A stretch of DNA of 64,000 nucleotides. Source: a virus. The DNA lies in the IMG/VR virus record IMGVR_UViG_3300042542_003555, positions 96,984-160,983 of that record. One strand, 5' to 3'. Shown one piece after another: positions 48,631-58,986 of this stretch. The first letter of the stretch is position 1. Each line of letters opens with the position of its first letter. The position numbers and the translations under genes were made by a program. The notes beneath the pieces are model-generated. The model saw nothing but the letters and a program-made list of their open reading frames with translations, made no database searches and was not told the origin of the DNA.

Positions 48631-49451
48631 ACCTTAACTCCACCTGCAGGTTTTCTTGCTAATCTGAAACTTGCCATAACATCAATAGATGTGGGTTTAG
48701 TTTTGTCTTTGAGTCCTCTTGGTTGAATACGAACTTCTAGTTTCGCATTAAGTTCTCGTAATGTAGTAATTTCTGTTGCACCAAATAATTGAGCAACCAT
48801 TTTTTTCTCTTGAAAAGATAAACTTCCAGTTTCTTCTAAAAACCAAATAGTGTCTTTTAACATCATGAACATAATACTATGATCAGCATTAGTATTTAAA
48901 TTATCATGAAATTTTTTATGATAATGATCTAATACTTTTTGACCCAAACCAGAATCGCTAATATTTGCTATCGAATAATTATCAGTATTATTTACGAAAT
49001 GCTCCAGTCTCATTCTTCTTTGCGGGAGATTTTTCTCTACTGATAACATTCCAGAAGATATCTTTTTAAATTTATATGTAGGTTTTTTGGGAGTGTCAAA
49101 ATACGAATTAAAATCTTTCAATAGCCTTTTTCCATTAGCAATTGCGCCTGGAGTGGCATTCATTACCTCTAACAATTGTTGTTTATCGTTATCGGTATCT
49201 GCATCGGGTGCATCAAATTCTGTTCCATCAAACGTCCAGTTTCTCATTGAACCCATCTGTGCGGTATAGTCAGACTTATATTCAAAAAACAAATCAACAC
49301 GTTTTTTATTAACATAAACTGTAAATCCAAAATCTGGAAATCCTGTTGCGAACCCGGCAGGAGAAGCAAATGCTTCAGGATTCCCTAAAAGTTTTTTTAC
49401 TTTTTTATATGCAGCTTCTTCATCTAATAGTGCTTGTCTATTGACACCCAT
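48627..49451 (-). CDS. Hypothetical protein, possible PD-(D/E)xK nuclease
   Basis: FPDFGF...FFEYK motif. Confidence 0.55.
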   Translation of the reverse strand: MGVNRQALLDEEAAYKKVKKLLGNPEAFASPAGFATGFPDFGFTVYVNKKRVDLFFEYKSDYTAQMGSMRNWTFDGTEFDAPDADTDNDKQQLLEVMNATPGAIANGKRLLKDFNSYFDTPKKPTYKFKKISSGMLSVEKNLPQRRMRLEHFVNNTDNYSIANISDSGLGQKVLDHYHKKFHDNLNTNADHSIMFMMLKDTIWFLEETGSLSFQEKKMVAQLFGATEITTLRELNAKLEVRIQPRGLKDKTKPTSIDVMASFRLARKPAGGVKV

Positions 49452-49483
49452 GTTAGTACCTCAAAGTTATATTTGAATATTTA

Positions 49484-50887
49484 TTAGACTTTGAAGCCAC
49501 CAAACTTCTTTTTCATGGAAGATAACCGTTCTCTTTCACCAAAAGAATTTAGAGGCTTATCGTCATCTTTTCCAGCATCTATAATATCGTCTTGTGCTGA
49601 CTGTTCCACATCATACAGCTTCATCTTTGATCTGTCAATACCTATGGCAAATCTTTTATGTGTTGTTGGGTCAGAATATCTATTTTTCAACTGTTTCACC
49701 ATGATCTGGTTCAAGGCTTCAAGTTCTTCTGATGTTATCAAAGCGAACATCAAGTCTGCGGTAGCTGGCAAACCAAAAGACTCACTTGTGTCCTCAAGTC
49801 CTGGGTCTGAATTTGTGTAACCTGATCGTGTTGTTTGTGTTGCAGAAACAATTGGTACTCCGAACTCAACGGCCAGACCTCGCAGTTCTTCGGCAATTGA
49901 TTTGATGTAGGTATAAGAGTTAACGCTTGCTCCTGGTTTGATTCTTGCAGAGGCGCAAATATTAAGATAATCAACAAAAATAATGTCAGGCATGAAGCTA
50001 CGTTTGAGATGTAATTCATTTAAAAGTGTCCTAAAATGTACTGTTGAAGCACTTGCAGTTGGATATTCTTTGATGATAAGTTTACCCGTAGTATTTTCAC
50101 GAACTCTGGACACTTTCTTATCATACATTTCCTTTGAGAGTTTGATCAAGTCATCAACTGTAACATTCAGTAGATTAGCATCTATTCGCTCTGCAATCTT
50201 TTCTTCTGCCATTTCAAGTGTGATGTAAAGAACATTCTTACCTTGCACCATACAACCAGCGGCAACATGGCACATGAACAGAGACTTACCTACACCAGTA
50301 CCCGCCAAGGCAATGTTAAGGGTCTTAATAGGGAGACCACCTTTGGTAATCTTATTGAAGAACTCAAGGTCAAAAGGAATTCGTTTTTCTTTTCTATGAT
50401 AGAATTCATAACGCTCATCTGCATTATCTAAGTAATCGTGACCAATATTAGTATCAAACCCTACACCCAATGCGTCTGCAAGTATCTTGGGAATAGCTCC
50501 TTTTTCCTGTGCTTTATCTTTTCCATCAAGAATAGAAATAGATGCCAAGACGGCATTATAAATCGCTTTTTCTTGACAAAATATTTCGGATTGTTTAAGG
50601 AGCCAGTCGATTTTGGAACTTTCCTTATTTTGCTCAATTTCATGTATATAATCTTCGCATTTCGCCACCTGGTCATCCGTAAGATTTTTCTTTTCTTTGA
50701 CGGCAAGTGTAATAGCCTCAATCGTTGGTGTAGTGTTGTAAGATGATACGAATGATGAAATTTCATCAAAAATTAATCTTTCTGTTCTGTCTGAAAAATA
50801 TTCTGGTTTTATGAAAGGAATTACCTTACGGAGATATTCCTCGTTGCAAATCAGATTCCTCAGTATCACTTGTTCCAGTTTCATCAA
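49484..50887 (-). CDS. gp41: Replicative DNA helicase (T4 gp41-like)
   Basis: AGTGVGKS, ITLEM, VDYLN, ATQTTR, SESFGLP. Confidence 0.92.
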   Translation of the reverse strand: MMKLEQVILRNLICNEEYLRKVIPFIKPEYFSDRTERLIFDEISSFVSSYNTTPTIEAITLAVKEKKNLTDDQVAKCEDYIHEIEQNKESSKIDWLLKQSEIFCQEKAIYNAVLASISILDGKDKAQEKGAIPKILADALGVGFDTNIGHDYLDNADERYEFYHRKEKRIPFDLEFFNKITKGGLPIKTLNIALAGTGVGKSLFMCHVAAGCMVQGKNVLYITLEMAEEKIAERIDANLLNVTVDDLIKLSKEMYDKKVSRVRENTTGKLIIKEYPTASASTVHFRTLLNELHLKRSFMPDIIFVDYLNICASARIKPGASVNSYTYIKSIAEELRGLAVEFGVPIVSATQTTRSGYTNSDPGLEDTSESFGLPATADLMFALITSEELEALNQIMVKQLKNRYSDPTTHKRFAIGIDRSKMKLYDVEQSAQDDIIDAGKDDDKPLNSFGERERLSSMKKKFGGFKV

Positions 50888-51164
50888 TAATATCCTGTTC
50901 TAGGTTGCCTGACATTACTTCTACCAATAAATCCCCAAGATAGTTTTTGAAGTTTTCGTCTTTCTCCAACTTCTTAGGTTTATCAGCAGAAGATTCTAGC
51001 ACATCATATGCGAAAAGTAAATACACATTCCCTGCTCTTTCTTCAAACTTTACCTTGCCATATTTAAATACTGTGTCTTTATATTTACCTTCTAGTAAAC
51101 GAATATGCACTGATTCTGGATCATCTTTAGGATAGATGAAACAATAGTCAATTCCTTCAGTCAT
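50826..51164 (-). CDS. Putative gp40-like head vertex assembly chaperone
   Basis: Syntenic between uvsX and helicase as in T4; similar size. Confidence 0.5.
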   Translation of the reverse strand: MTEGIDYCFIYPKDDPESVHIRLLEGKYKDTVFKYGKVKFEERAGNVYLLFAYDVLESSADKPKKLEKDENFKNYLGDLLVEVMSGNLEQDIIDETGTSDTEESDLQRGISP

Positions 51165-52236
51165 TTTCCACTCCGTTTGTAGTTTCTACAGCAAAAACAT
51201 CTTCCACTTCTTCATCCGAAATGATTTCTCCATTTGCAATACAATATCTGCTTTCGATGAATTCACGGAAGGACTTTTGTTTTAAGATAGAAAGCCAGAA
51301 ATCTTTAGTATCTGTATCTTTCAGTCTATACTTCTTATCTTCATATACCCCATCTTCATCACGGCGAGAATACCAGCCATTACTTGGTTTTACCACATGA
51401 CCGCTTTCGAGTGCGATATCCAGTAGACCAGACCACTTGCTAATACCACCATCAAAGGATACAGAAATAGGAATTTTAGATTTTTCTTTAACATACCTGC
51501 TCTTTTCTACGTTTATAATAAAGTTATAACCAACAATTTCTTGTCCTTCTTTTTCTTGTTGACGACCAATTATAAAAATATTGTCGGCTGAATAGTAAGA
51601 ACCGGTACCACCACCAACAATATCTTTTGGGAACATACCAATTTCTTTGTATGTATGGTTGACAACAATCATAGGAATATCTTTCATTGTCAAATGTGGT
51701 GTTACCATGCGAAATAGAGACTTAACTTGTTTAGCTCGACTCATATCAGCAACAGATTTTTGTTCTAGTGCATCTTCAACTTCTTTCTTTGATGCGAGAT
51801 TACCAATTGAATCTACAACAATAATTACCTTGTCATCACGCTCTAGGCTTGAGAGTTGTTGCATGATATCAAATTTCAACTGCTCAATATCCGTAATAGG
51901 AGTATGGAGCACCCTGTCTGTGTTGATACCAAAACTATCAAAATAAGATTGCGGAGTACCGAACTCCGAATCATAGAATAGAAGTGCTGCATCTTCATAT
52001 TTGTCCAAATAAGATTTAGCCATCAGTAAACTAAAGGCAGTTTTGAAGTGCTTTGATGGTCCTGCCCACATTGTAAGACCTGGGGTAAGACCACCATCTA
52101 GTTTACCACTTAGTGCAATATTTATGGCTGGCACAGAAGTGGGAATCATATCTTTCTGTGTGAAGAACTTTGATTTTGATAGAATAGCAGATTCTTTGAT
52201 ACTGCTGTTCTTTTTGATTTTGTCAAGAACGCTCAT
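51157..52236 (-). CDS. uvsX: RecA-like recombinase UvsX
   Basis: AGPSKHFKT, YDSEFG, DSIGNLAS, GGGTG. Confidence 0.92.
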   Translation of the reverse strand: MSVLDKIKKNSSIKESAILSKSKFFTQKDMIPTSVPAINIALSGKLDGGLTPGLTMWAGPSKHFKTAFSLLMAKSYLDKYEDAALLFYDSEFGTPQSYFDSFGINTDRVLHTPITDIEQLKFDIMQQLSSLERDDKVIIVVDSIGNLASKKEVEDALEQKSVADMSRAKQVKSLFRMVTPHLTMKDIPMIVVNHTYKEIGMFPKDIVGGGTGSYYSADNIFIIGRQQEKEGQEIVGYNFIINVEKSRYVKEKSKIPISVSFDGGISKWSGLLDIALESGHVVKPSNGWYSRRDEDGVYEDKKYRLKDTDTKDFWLSILKQKSFREFIESRYCIANGEIISDEEVEDVFAVETTNGVEND

Positions 52237-53288
52237 TTATTATCCTTTTCTTTAAATGCCAATGGTGATTCTTCATAATCATATTTAGGTTCTAATTTTT
52301 TCAAAGGTGGTATAGATTCACCAGATGCTTCATCTATGACTATGACATTTTCTTTAGATACGTGTAAAACCTCATCAGACCTTTTCTCAGGTCTAGGTTC
52401 TTCTTTCCTGGGTACTTCTTCATTAGGCGAATCCTGATCTTCCTCAAGTTTTCTTTTCGCTTCCTCCATTTTTTCAAGTACCCTCTGGTATACAGGGTCC
52501 TTTTCTCTTTCATCATACTTCTTTTTCTTGGGTTTCTCATCATTTTTTTCCATTGAGATGTTACTTGCTATCAATAATAGTACAGCAAGAGGATCAAACA
52601 CAATCATAATTAAAATGATTACCAATCTAACTGCTTTATCTATAATATCTGCATCACCAGAACCATATACAAGTTCAGCAACATATTTTATTGGTCCAAA
52701 GTCTGATTCTGCTTTTCGTAATTCATTCGCCAACGGCGCTTTCTCATCTGTAAGCTTAGAAATTTCTTTCTGCGTTTTTGTAATTTCATCAGATAACTGT
52801 GTACGTTCTTTCTGTTGGGACTTTCTAATTTGAATAGACCTTTCGGCAGACCTTTCCGAATCTGAACGTGCCATAACTTGATCCACCGCCTCGTCAAGCT
52901 GTTTAAGTGTCTTGCGGTCGGCATCAATATTCTCCTTCAGTGTTTTAATCTTTTCATCAATTATAGCCACCTTATCAGAAATAGGACTAATGTCTGATGC
53001 GTGTTCTAGGTGTGCTTTTGATAGATAACCGAATATACCCATAGAGGTAATTAGCATCAAAATAGCAACAGCACTCGTCAGATAGTATTTTAATATTCCA
53101 GGTGAAGTTTTCCAGTTACGATATAGCCATGATGCTGTTACCAGTTTTGCAGATTCTAAAACTGAACCCATGAAAACAACAGGCCAAAATGCACCAGGAA
53201 ATATTGCAGCAAGGCCAATTACTGAATAATATGCTGCTACTGCTGACAATAATATGGCATTTATAAATGTAAAGAGTGCGGTGCTCAT
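52233..53288 (-). CDS. Multi-TM coiled-coil membrane protein
   Basis: Three N-terminal TM segments, ITSMGIFGYLSKAH, GPIKYVAE, VFDPLAV. Confidence 0.75.
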   Translation of the reverse strand: MSTALFTFINAILLSAVAAYYSVIGLAAIFPGAFWPVVFMGSVLESAKLVTASWLYRNWKTSPGILKYYLTSAVAILMLITSMGIFGYLSKAHLEHASDISPISDKVAIIDEKIKTLKENIDADRKTLKQLDEAVDQVMARSDSERSAERSIQIRKSQQKERTQLSDEITKTQKEISKLTDEKAPLANELRKAESDFGPIKYVAELVYGSGDADIIDKAVRLVIILIMIVFDPLAVLLLIASNISMEKNDEKPKKKKYDEREKDPVYQRVLEKMEEAKRKLEEDQDSPNEEVPRKEEPRPEKRSDEVLHVSKENVIVIDEASGESIPPLKKLEPKYDYEESPLAFKEKDNK

Positions 53289-55816
53289 CCGAAAAAGTCC
53301 TCAAGTGTACTTTGCTTGTCTATGTGCCAATTCATACAATCCAAAACTACTTTAATAGGCTCAAGAAAAGCTTTCTCAAATTGCATATCATAATCTATAT
53401 AACGACCCAAGTCAAATTCTTCGGGCAACTTTACCGGAAATGAAATCACCATATCCTTGAATGGGTTTGGAACCTTCAAGTATGAGAACTTGATTTTTTC
53501 GCCCTCGTTGATGAGAGGATATTTCTTTGTTAGACCTTTTTGTTTAAGTGTGTGATTATATATGATTGCACCCTTAACATGAATTGGTGTTCCTTTGGAA
53601 TATAAAGTTGTTGGGTGTGAATATTTTTGAATACCACGAATGCCTCTAGGAAAAGAAACATCTTCTGCTGGTAACTTTTTAAATTCTTCTTTGAATTCGG
53701 TAATAAATCTCTGAACTTGTTCTTCAGTACCACTCATCATTAACTTGATTATTTCTTCCATCTTACCACGAATAAATTCGGGAGTAGAAGATTTTACCAT
53801 TTCAAGACCCATTACTTTTAGATGTGGTTCCGAATATTGAACACCTTCATTATTATACACATTCATGATATAACGTTTTTTGGCTGTCCAAATTGCTTTG
53901 TCTGCCAATGCTTCACGTTTCATTTGCATCTTTTGTTCGTAAGCATGAACATAATCAGCAAGCTCTTGATAGCTTTTGTCAATAAACGGTTGAATCTTAT
54001 CTTCACAGATTTTATCCATGAAGGCGATAACTTTTTGAGGTTCTTGTGGTGATTGATACACCTTTTTAACAAGTGAGCCAAGATTAAGATAAATCGAATC
54101 TGTGTCTGAGGCGATAACATAGTCTGTGTCAGTTTTTAATAGAGTATTCATGTACTCGTTGAGTTTCTTTTCGATCCAACGAATTGATAATTGACCAGAC
54201 ATAGTAACTGCAAGAGCGATTCTCAAATCAAAGAAACGAAAGAATTCATTACCCATTGCACCATAGGCAGAATTCAAACAAACTTTTTTTGCAAGTTGTA
54301 GATTGTTATATCTGGCAATACGTTTTTCAATTGCGAATCTCTTTGATGCATCCTTCTCATCTTCAAGTTCTTGTTTTGCTATAAGTGCTTTCTTCTTGTA
54401 TACCTTACGATCTTCATACATAGAAGCCATCATCTTAGGAAGAAAACCTTGTGTGTCTGTACGAAAGAATTGTGCATTAGGTGTCAAAGCAACACTAGAA
54501 AGATTGTCTGTGTTGATTTTCTTATCAAGTAATTTGTCAACAGAAACACCTTGTGAAAGAACTTCACGCATTTCATCCGTATAATTTTCAGGCAACACAA
54601 GCATCTCTGGTGATAGGTTATATTGCATGATCAAGTGTGGGTATAGACTGTTTAAGTCAAATGATGCGACCCAATCATGTTTACCTATCTGTGGTACTTT
54701 AACGTAGGCACCTTCAAATGCTTCTGATTTATTTCTTCGTTCTGTCGGTGGAACTATGATATTATCTTTATGTAAGAAGTTGAAGATGAGGGTATCCCAC
54801 ATACGAACTTGTGCAAATACATCGTCATAGTTTGTTTTACTGTCGTAAGCCAAAGTCAACGCAAGTTCAATCAACTTTAGCTTATCTTCAAGTTGTTCAA
54901 TCAGTTCAACGTCAACGATGTTATACTCAATAAACTTTTGAAAGTTAAGTTTGTAGAGTTGATGTAGACTTTCATATTCGGAATAATTTACTTTTCCTCT
55001 TTCAAGTTCCACATGAGCAATATGATCTAGTCTGTATGATTCTTGTGATGCACCACCAGGAGCATACTTACGATAGAGTTCAATATAATCAAGCATGGGT
55101 AAACCAACAAACTCATAAACTGTATGAGACTTCGCCATCAATATTGCTGTTCGTTCTGAAATGTATCCCCAAGGTGATAGCGACTTTGCCTCACTCTCAC
55201 TTAGAATATGTTTAAATCTATTCACAAGATATGGGAAGTCAAAGAACTTGATATTCCAACCAGTGACAATATCAGGATAATTTTTTGTCCAGAATTCTAG
55301 AAACTTTTTGCAAAGAGAATATTCGTCTCGGCACTTCGTATAGATTTCATCCCCTCGCACTTCATAATCACCGCAACCCCAAACATAAGTTTTACCACCA
55401 AGATATTTTACGGCAATAGCAGTGATTGGTTCTGTTGCTTGATATGGATCGGGAAACCCATTCTCTGAACCAACTTCAATATCAATGATTGCTGTTTGAA
55501 TGTGTGATTGATCCCAATCAATGTCATCAGGATATTCTTCGGCAATGTAGCAATATTCAAACTTAGTATTGCCATACACTTTTTTATTGGACACATCTTC
55601 ATTTCTTTTGATGTAGTCTCTGGCTTCCCTGATAGACGAGAATTTGAATTCATGAAGATACTCACCATCCAAAGATTTGAATGGTGTTTCTTTGCGAACT
55701 ACTTCATAGAGTGATGGTTGATATTCAAACTTTTCTTTAACTCGTTTGCCGTTAACAACACCACGAAAAAGAATGTTGTTACCCAAGCATTGAACGTTTG
55801 TGTAGAAATTTGCCAT
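53285..55816 (-). CDS. gp43: Family B DNA polymerase (T4 gp43-like)
   Basis: DIEV exonuclease motif, SFDLNSLYP, KVCLNSAYG, SDTDS. Confidence 0.95.
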   Translation of the reverse strand: MANFYTNVQCLGNNILFRGVVNGKRVKEKFEYQPSLYEVVRKETPFKSLDGEYLHEFKFSSIREARDYIKRNEDVSNKKVYGNTKFEYCYIAEEYPDDIDWDQSHIQTAIIDIEVGSENGFPDPYQATEPITAIAVKYLGGKTYVWGCGDYEVRGDEIYTKCRDEYSLCKKFLEFWTKNYPDIVTGWNIKFFDFPYLVNRFKHILSESEAKSLSPWGYISERTAILMAKSHTVYEFVGLPMLDYIELYRKYAPGGASQESYRLDHIAHVELERGKVNYSEYESLHQLYKLNFQKFIEYNIVDVELIEQLEDKLKLIELALTLAYDSKTNYDDVFAQVRMWDTLIFNFLHKDNIIVPPTERRNKSEAFEGAYVKVPQIGKHDWVASFDLNSLYPHLIMQYNLSPEMLVLPENYTDEMREVLSQGVSVDKLLDKKINTDNLSSVALTPNAQFFRTDTQGFLPKMMASMYEDRKVYKKKALIAKQELEDEKDASKRFAIEKRIARYNNLQLAKKVCLNSAYGAMGNEFFRFFDLRIALAVTMSGQLSIRWIEKKLNEYMNTLLKTDTDYVIASDTDSIYLNLGSLVKKVYQSPQEPQKVIAFMDKICEDKIQPFIDKSYQELADYVHAYEQKMQMKREALADKAIWTAKKRYIMNVYNNEGVQYSEPHLKVMGLEMVKSSTPEFIRGKMEEIIKLMMSGTEEQVQRFITEFKEEFKKLPAEDVSFPRGIRGIQKYSHPTTLYSKGTPIHVKGAIIYNHTLKQKGLTKKYPLINEGEKIKFSYLKVPNPFKDMVISFPVKLPEEFDLGRYIDYDMQFEKAFLEPIKVVLDCMNWHIDKQSTLEDFFG

Positions 55817-56127
55817 TAACTAGTGATGAGTTGTTTGGTTGGAGGAAGTACAATACCCGACCCAAAAATCTGATTATAATTGTTTAGATATTCTTGTGCT
55901 GGTGAATATTCATATACTACATGTTTTCCCGCAATGATATATTCACTATCTTTTTCTTGGTCTGCATGTATAGGCCAGGGTGCAAATCCTACGTTCGGTT
56001 GTCCATTAGGTCCAGCCATAACAGCGATTCTAACTGGATTGACAACTCTATAGCCAAGTTCACCAGACTCAACTTCTGCCATAATATCTTCTCCAGTAAC
56101 TAGTTTGAGAACTAAAACGTTTTCCAT
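55816..56127 (-). CDS. Sm-like fold phage protein
   Basis: LKLVTGEDIMA...YNQIFGSGIVLP. Confidence 0.7.
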   Translation of the reverse strand: MENVLVLKLVTGEDIMAEVESGELGYRVVNPVRIAVMAGPNGQPNVGFAPWPIHADQEKDSEYIIAGKHVVYEYSPAQEYLNNYNQIFGSGIVLPPTKQLITS

Positions 56128-56196
56128 AATATCTCCATAGGGTTAAATGTGTGTCATAATATCATACTTTTTCATGAAAATCAAGAGGTTGTCTGG

Positions 56197-56204
56197 CATA
56201 AATA
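56197..56204 (+). promoter_or_regulatory. Late-promoter-like CATAAATA
   Basis: One mismatch to TATAAATA; upstream of the plus-strand 3-gene block. Confidence 0.5.
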
Positions 56205-56234
56205 ATAAGCGTCCACTAAATTTAAGGAATTATA

Positions 56235-56468
56235 ATGTATTGGAACCCACAAGCAGTTCTCAATTTTCCATATACAGTAAATGACGTTATGGACAAACAC
56301 ACTACTTTTTTATGCGAGTTTGTTGACTTAAAAAGAAATGGTTATCATCATTTTACAAAAGCATACAACAATCTTACTTATGGGTTCTGGAGCCCTTGGT
56401 TAAAACAATCCGACACATATGTAAGCAACTTCGCCGAACATCTTAAATTGACTCTGAAGTTAAAGTAA
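56235..56468 (+). CDS. Hypothetical protein
   Basis: AAGGA RBS. Confidence 0.6.
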   Translation: MYWNPQAVLNFPYTVNDVMDKHTTFLCEFVDLKRNGYHHFTKAYNNLTYGFWSPWLKQSDTYVSNFAEHLKLTLKLK

Positions 56469-56512
56469 TACATTAGTTTTCTTCGTTATGTAACGTTTAA
56501 ATTACGGAGAAA

Positions 56513-57298
56513 ATGGATCCATTTACACTATTTGCTTTAGCTAATGGTGCAGTACAAGCGGTTAAAAAAGGCTGTGAACTATATAAGGAAATAGCAAGCG
56601 CCACCAATGATGTTAAAGGCGTCCTGAACGATCTTGAGGAACAATTTAATTCTCGTCATAAAGATAAGCCTCCTACTGTTGCTGAGAAAAATCAGTATAT
56701 AACAGAAAAAAACCGCATAATTGAATTAAGCAAACAACAGCCTAATGATGTCTATACGCAGATAGGGGAAGAACTTGGCGTATATTTTGAAAATTATGCA
56801 AAGTGTTCTGCCATCTTTGAGGAAGAAGCAAGACATGACCATGAAGTTTACACAGGAGAAACTAGTCTAGGTAAAAGAGCTTTACAACGGGTTCTTATGG
56901 AAAGCAGATTAAGTGCCATGGAAGCAGAACTTCGTGAGCTTATGGTTTACAACTGTCCTTCGGAATTAGGTGATTTATACACCCGTGTCTATGGTATGAT
57001 GGAGAGGATGAAAAAACAACAGGCTGTAGCATGGACTAAGAAAAGAGAACAAGACAGAAAAGCAGCTAATGTAAAAAGACGTAGGATAGAAAAAATAAGA
57101 TGTGAGGCTTGGAAATATGGGTTGAGTGTTTTTATTATAATCTATTTAACCTGGCTAATATGGGCAGTGGTACAAATAAGAATAGAAGTCTATCCTGAAC
57201 TTGGTCGTTGTTTGATACCAAAAGGTAGTGTAGTATATAATTGGTACAATAACTTAAAATGGATAGATTGTGAGTTTAAACCTAAAGAGGAAAATTAA
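56513..57298 (+). CDS. Helical protein with C-terminal TM segment
   Basis: MDPFTLFALA N-terminus; GGAG RBS; one TM. Confidence 0.7.
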   Translation: MDPFTLFALANGAVQAVKKGCELYKEIASATNDVKGVLNDLEEQFNSRHKDKPPTVAEKNQYITEKNRIIELSKQQPNDVYTQIGEELGVYFENYAKCSAIFEEEARHDHEVYTGETSLGKRALQRVLMESRLSAMEAELRELMVYNCPSELGDLYTRVYGMMERMKKQQAVAWTKKREQDRKAANVKRRRIEKIRCEAWKYGLSVFIIIYLTWLIWAVVQIRIEVYPELGRCLIPKGSVVYNWYNNLKWIDCEFKPKEEN

Positions 57299-57589
57299 AT
57301 GAAGAAGATTTTACTTATCGCTCTAATGCTCGTTTCTAGTTTTACATATTCAGAAGAAAGACAAAAGCCAGTTGCTTGTTATCAACTATCTGAGATGTTG
57401 AATAACCTGAAAACAAATCATGGAGAAAAACTTGATTTTGTTGTTACGAATCAAATGTACAGAAGTTTTATTACCAATATTGCTATGTACAGAAATGAAC
57501 AAACTGGTTCATGGACAATGATAGAGTATGGAGAAAATTTTCAAGGTGAAGGTTGTATTATAGGATCAGGAAAAGACACTACATCATAA
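57299..57589 (+). CDS. Secreted small protein
   Basis: Signal peptide, 2 Cys, GAGG RBS. Confidence 0.65.
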   Translation: MKKILLIALMLVSSFTYSEERQKPVACYQLSEMLNNLKTNHGEKLDFVVTNQMYRSFITNIAMYRNEQTGSWTMIEYGENFQGEGCIIGSGKDTTS

Positions 57590-57590
57590 T

Positions 57591-57664
57591 TGGTTGCGGG
57601 CCCAAGATTCGAACAAGGAACTGAGGATTATGAGTCCTCTGTGATACCGTTTCACCAACCCGCC
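57591..57664 (-). tRNA. tRNA-Met(CAT), initiator-like (G1-A72 mismatch)
   Basis: GAGGA-CT-CAT-AA-TCCTC; encoded CCA. Confidence 0.8.
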
Positions 57665-57674
57665 ATATATTTAG

Positions 57675-57757
57675 TGGTGCGAGTAGACGGATTTGAACCG
57701 TCACGCCGAAGCGGGAGATTTTAAGTCTCCTGTGTATACCAATTTCACCATACTCGC
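57675..57757 (-). tRNA. tRNA-Leu(TAA)
   Basis: GGAGA-CT-TAA-AA-TCTCC; long variable arm; CCA. Confidence 0.9.
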
Positions 57758-57764
57758 ATTATTT

Positions 57765-57841
57765 TGGTGCCCCAGAGGAGAGTCGAACTCCTAAAATTTG
57801 GCTTCTAAGACCAACACGTATACCAGTTCCGTCACCGGGGC
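57765..57841 (-). tRNA. tRNA-Leu(TAG), short variable loop
   Basis: TTGGT-CT-TAG-AA-GCCAA; CCA. Confidence 0.85.
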
Positions 57842-58005
57842 ATAAATACTTTTATGAACTACGACTACTACGAACGAACTTTTGGCCGTCATGCCTCTTA
57901 TACTAGTGATACAAAAGGAAAAAATTTCATTCCTATGTATAACGAAATACCTAAAGAACACTATGAGTTTGTGCCAATGAGATGGCCAACTTATGGTGAA
58001 ACTTT

Positions 58006-58081
58006 TGGTGCACCCTCTAAGAATCGAACTTAGTTCATCGGTTCTTCAAACCGCTGCTATGACCACATCAGCTAAAGGTGC
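58006..58081 (-). tRNA. tRNA-Phe(GAA)
   Basis: CGGT-TT-GAA-GA-ACCG; CCA. Confidence 0.85.
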
Positions 58082-58082
58082 T

Positions 58083-58157
58083 TGGTGCATCGTGATGGAT
58101 TCGAACCAACGACAACCTGCTTGTAAGGCAGGGACTCTACCACTGAGCTAACGATGC
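58083..58157 (-). tRNA. tRNA-Val(TAC)
   Basis: CCTGC-CT-TAC-AA-GCAGG; CCA. Confidence 0.9.
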
Positions 58158-58158
58158 T

Positions 58159-58404
58159 TTAATCAAATATTCCAATAATTTCATCGACATTTATTTGATA
58201 CAAATTATCCATTAATTTAGTTGCTTTATTCCAATTAATTAAAAGAATATTGTTAACTTCAACATCAGTAACTTCTGGTCCAATTGCAATAACTCTTGCT
58301 TTATCTGCCTCATCATTACTTTTAAGAATAATACCAGATGATGTGGTCAATTCTTTTTCAAGTTTTTCTACTATAACATTATTTCTAAGAGGTGTCAAGT
58401 TCAT
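58159..58404 (-). CDS. groES: Co-chaperonin GroES
   Basis: LTPLRNNVIV, TTSSGIIL, VIAIGP. Confidence 0.85.
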   Translation of the reverse strand: MNLTPLRNNVIVEKLEKELTTSSGIILKSNDEADKARVIAIGPEVTDVEVNNILLINWNKATKLMDNLYQINVDEIIGIFD

Positions 58405-58422
58405 TTTAATATTCCTTTTAAT

Positions 58423-58893
58423 TTAAGCCGCCAATACTTCTTTCAATCTATCTGCTGCATAAGAAGCCGCAAATGCTCTTGGCTTTACCATAGGTATCAC
58501 ATTACATGTACCACGAATATAACCAACTGCTTGTTGAATGACACAAGATGATCCATGCATTTCATTAGGATTAATATCTAAGTGTACTTCAACATAACGA
58601 TTTTCTAATACATCAGCAAGACTTTGAAACAGTTCTGATACTTTATATACTTCATTCATCAAACGCATAGAAGGACGATCCTTACGTTGATCATAATCTC
58701 TTTCTCTTGTTACTTCACCAAAAATTTTACAACCATGGCGACCATCTATATGTACAACAATTGCTGTTGTGTAATCTGCATACCAAACACCATTCATATT
58801 AAATCTTTCGGAGTCTGCACCTAGATAGATTTTTGTTTCTGGTGACTGAGCAAGAATATACTCTTTTACTTCCTCTAGATTTAATTTTTTCAT
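58423..58893 (-). CDS. RNase H-like YkuK/DUF458 family protein
   Basis: IYLGADS, RLMNEV, EVHLDIN, KPRAFAASYAAD. Confidence 0.8.
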   Translation of the reverse strand: MKKLNLEEVKEYILAQSPETKIYLGADSERFNMNGVWYADYTTAIVVHIDGRHGCKIFGEVTRERDYDQRKDRPSMRLMNEVYKVSELFQSLADVLENRYVEVHLDINPNEMHGSSCVIQQAVGYIRGTCNVIPMVKPRAFAASYAADRLKEVLAA

Positions 58894-58911
58894 TTTGTTC
58901 CTCTATGTTGT

Positions 58912-58985
58912 TGGCTCCGGTGGAGGGAATCGAACCCCCACTAACGGTTTTGGAGACCGCCGCACTGCCATTATACTACACCGGA
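58912..58985 (-). tRNA. tRNA-Trp(CCA)
   Basis: GCGGT-CT-CCA-AA-ACCGT; CCA. Confidence 0.9.
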
Positions 58986-58986
58986 A

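Noticed and set aside
21084-55816. Introns or inteins in nrdA, nrdB, thyX, helicase, uvsX or polymerase
   Set aside because: All are continuous and of normal length, with no intein motifs.
1532-56103. Many plus-strand and alternate-frame ORFs overlapping long minus-strand genes
   Set aside because: Shadow ORFs of well-supported genes, with no RBS or motifs.
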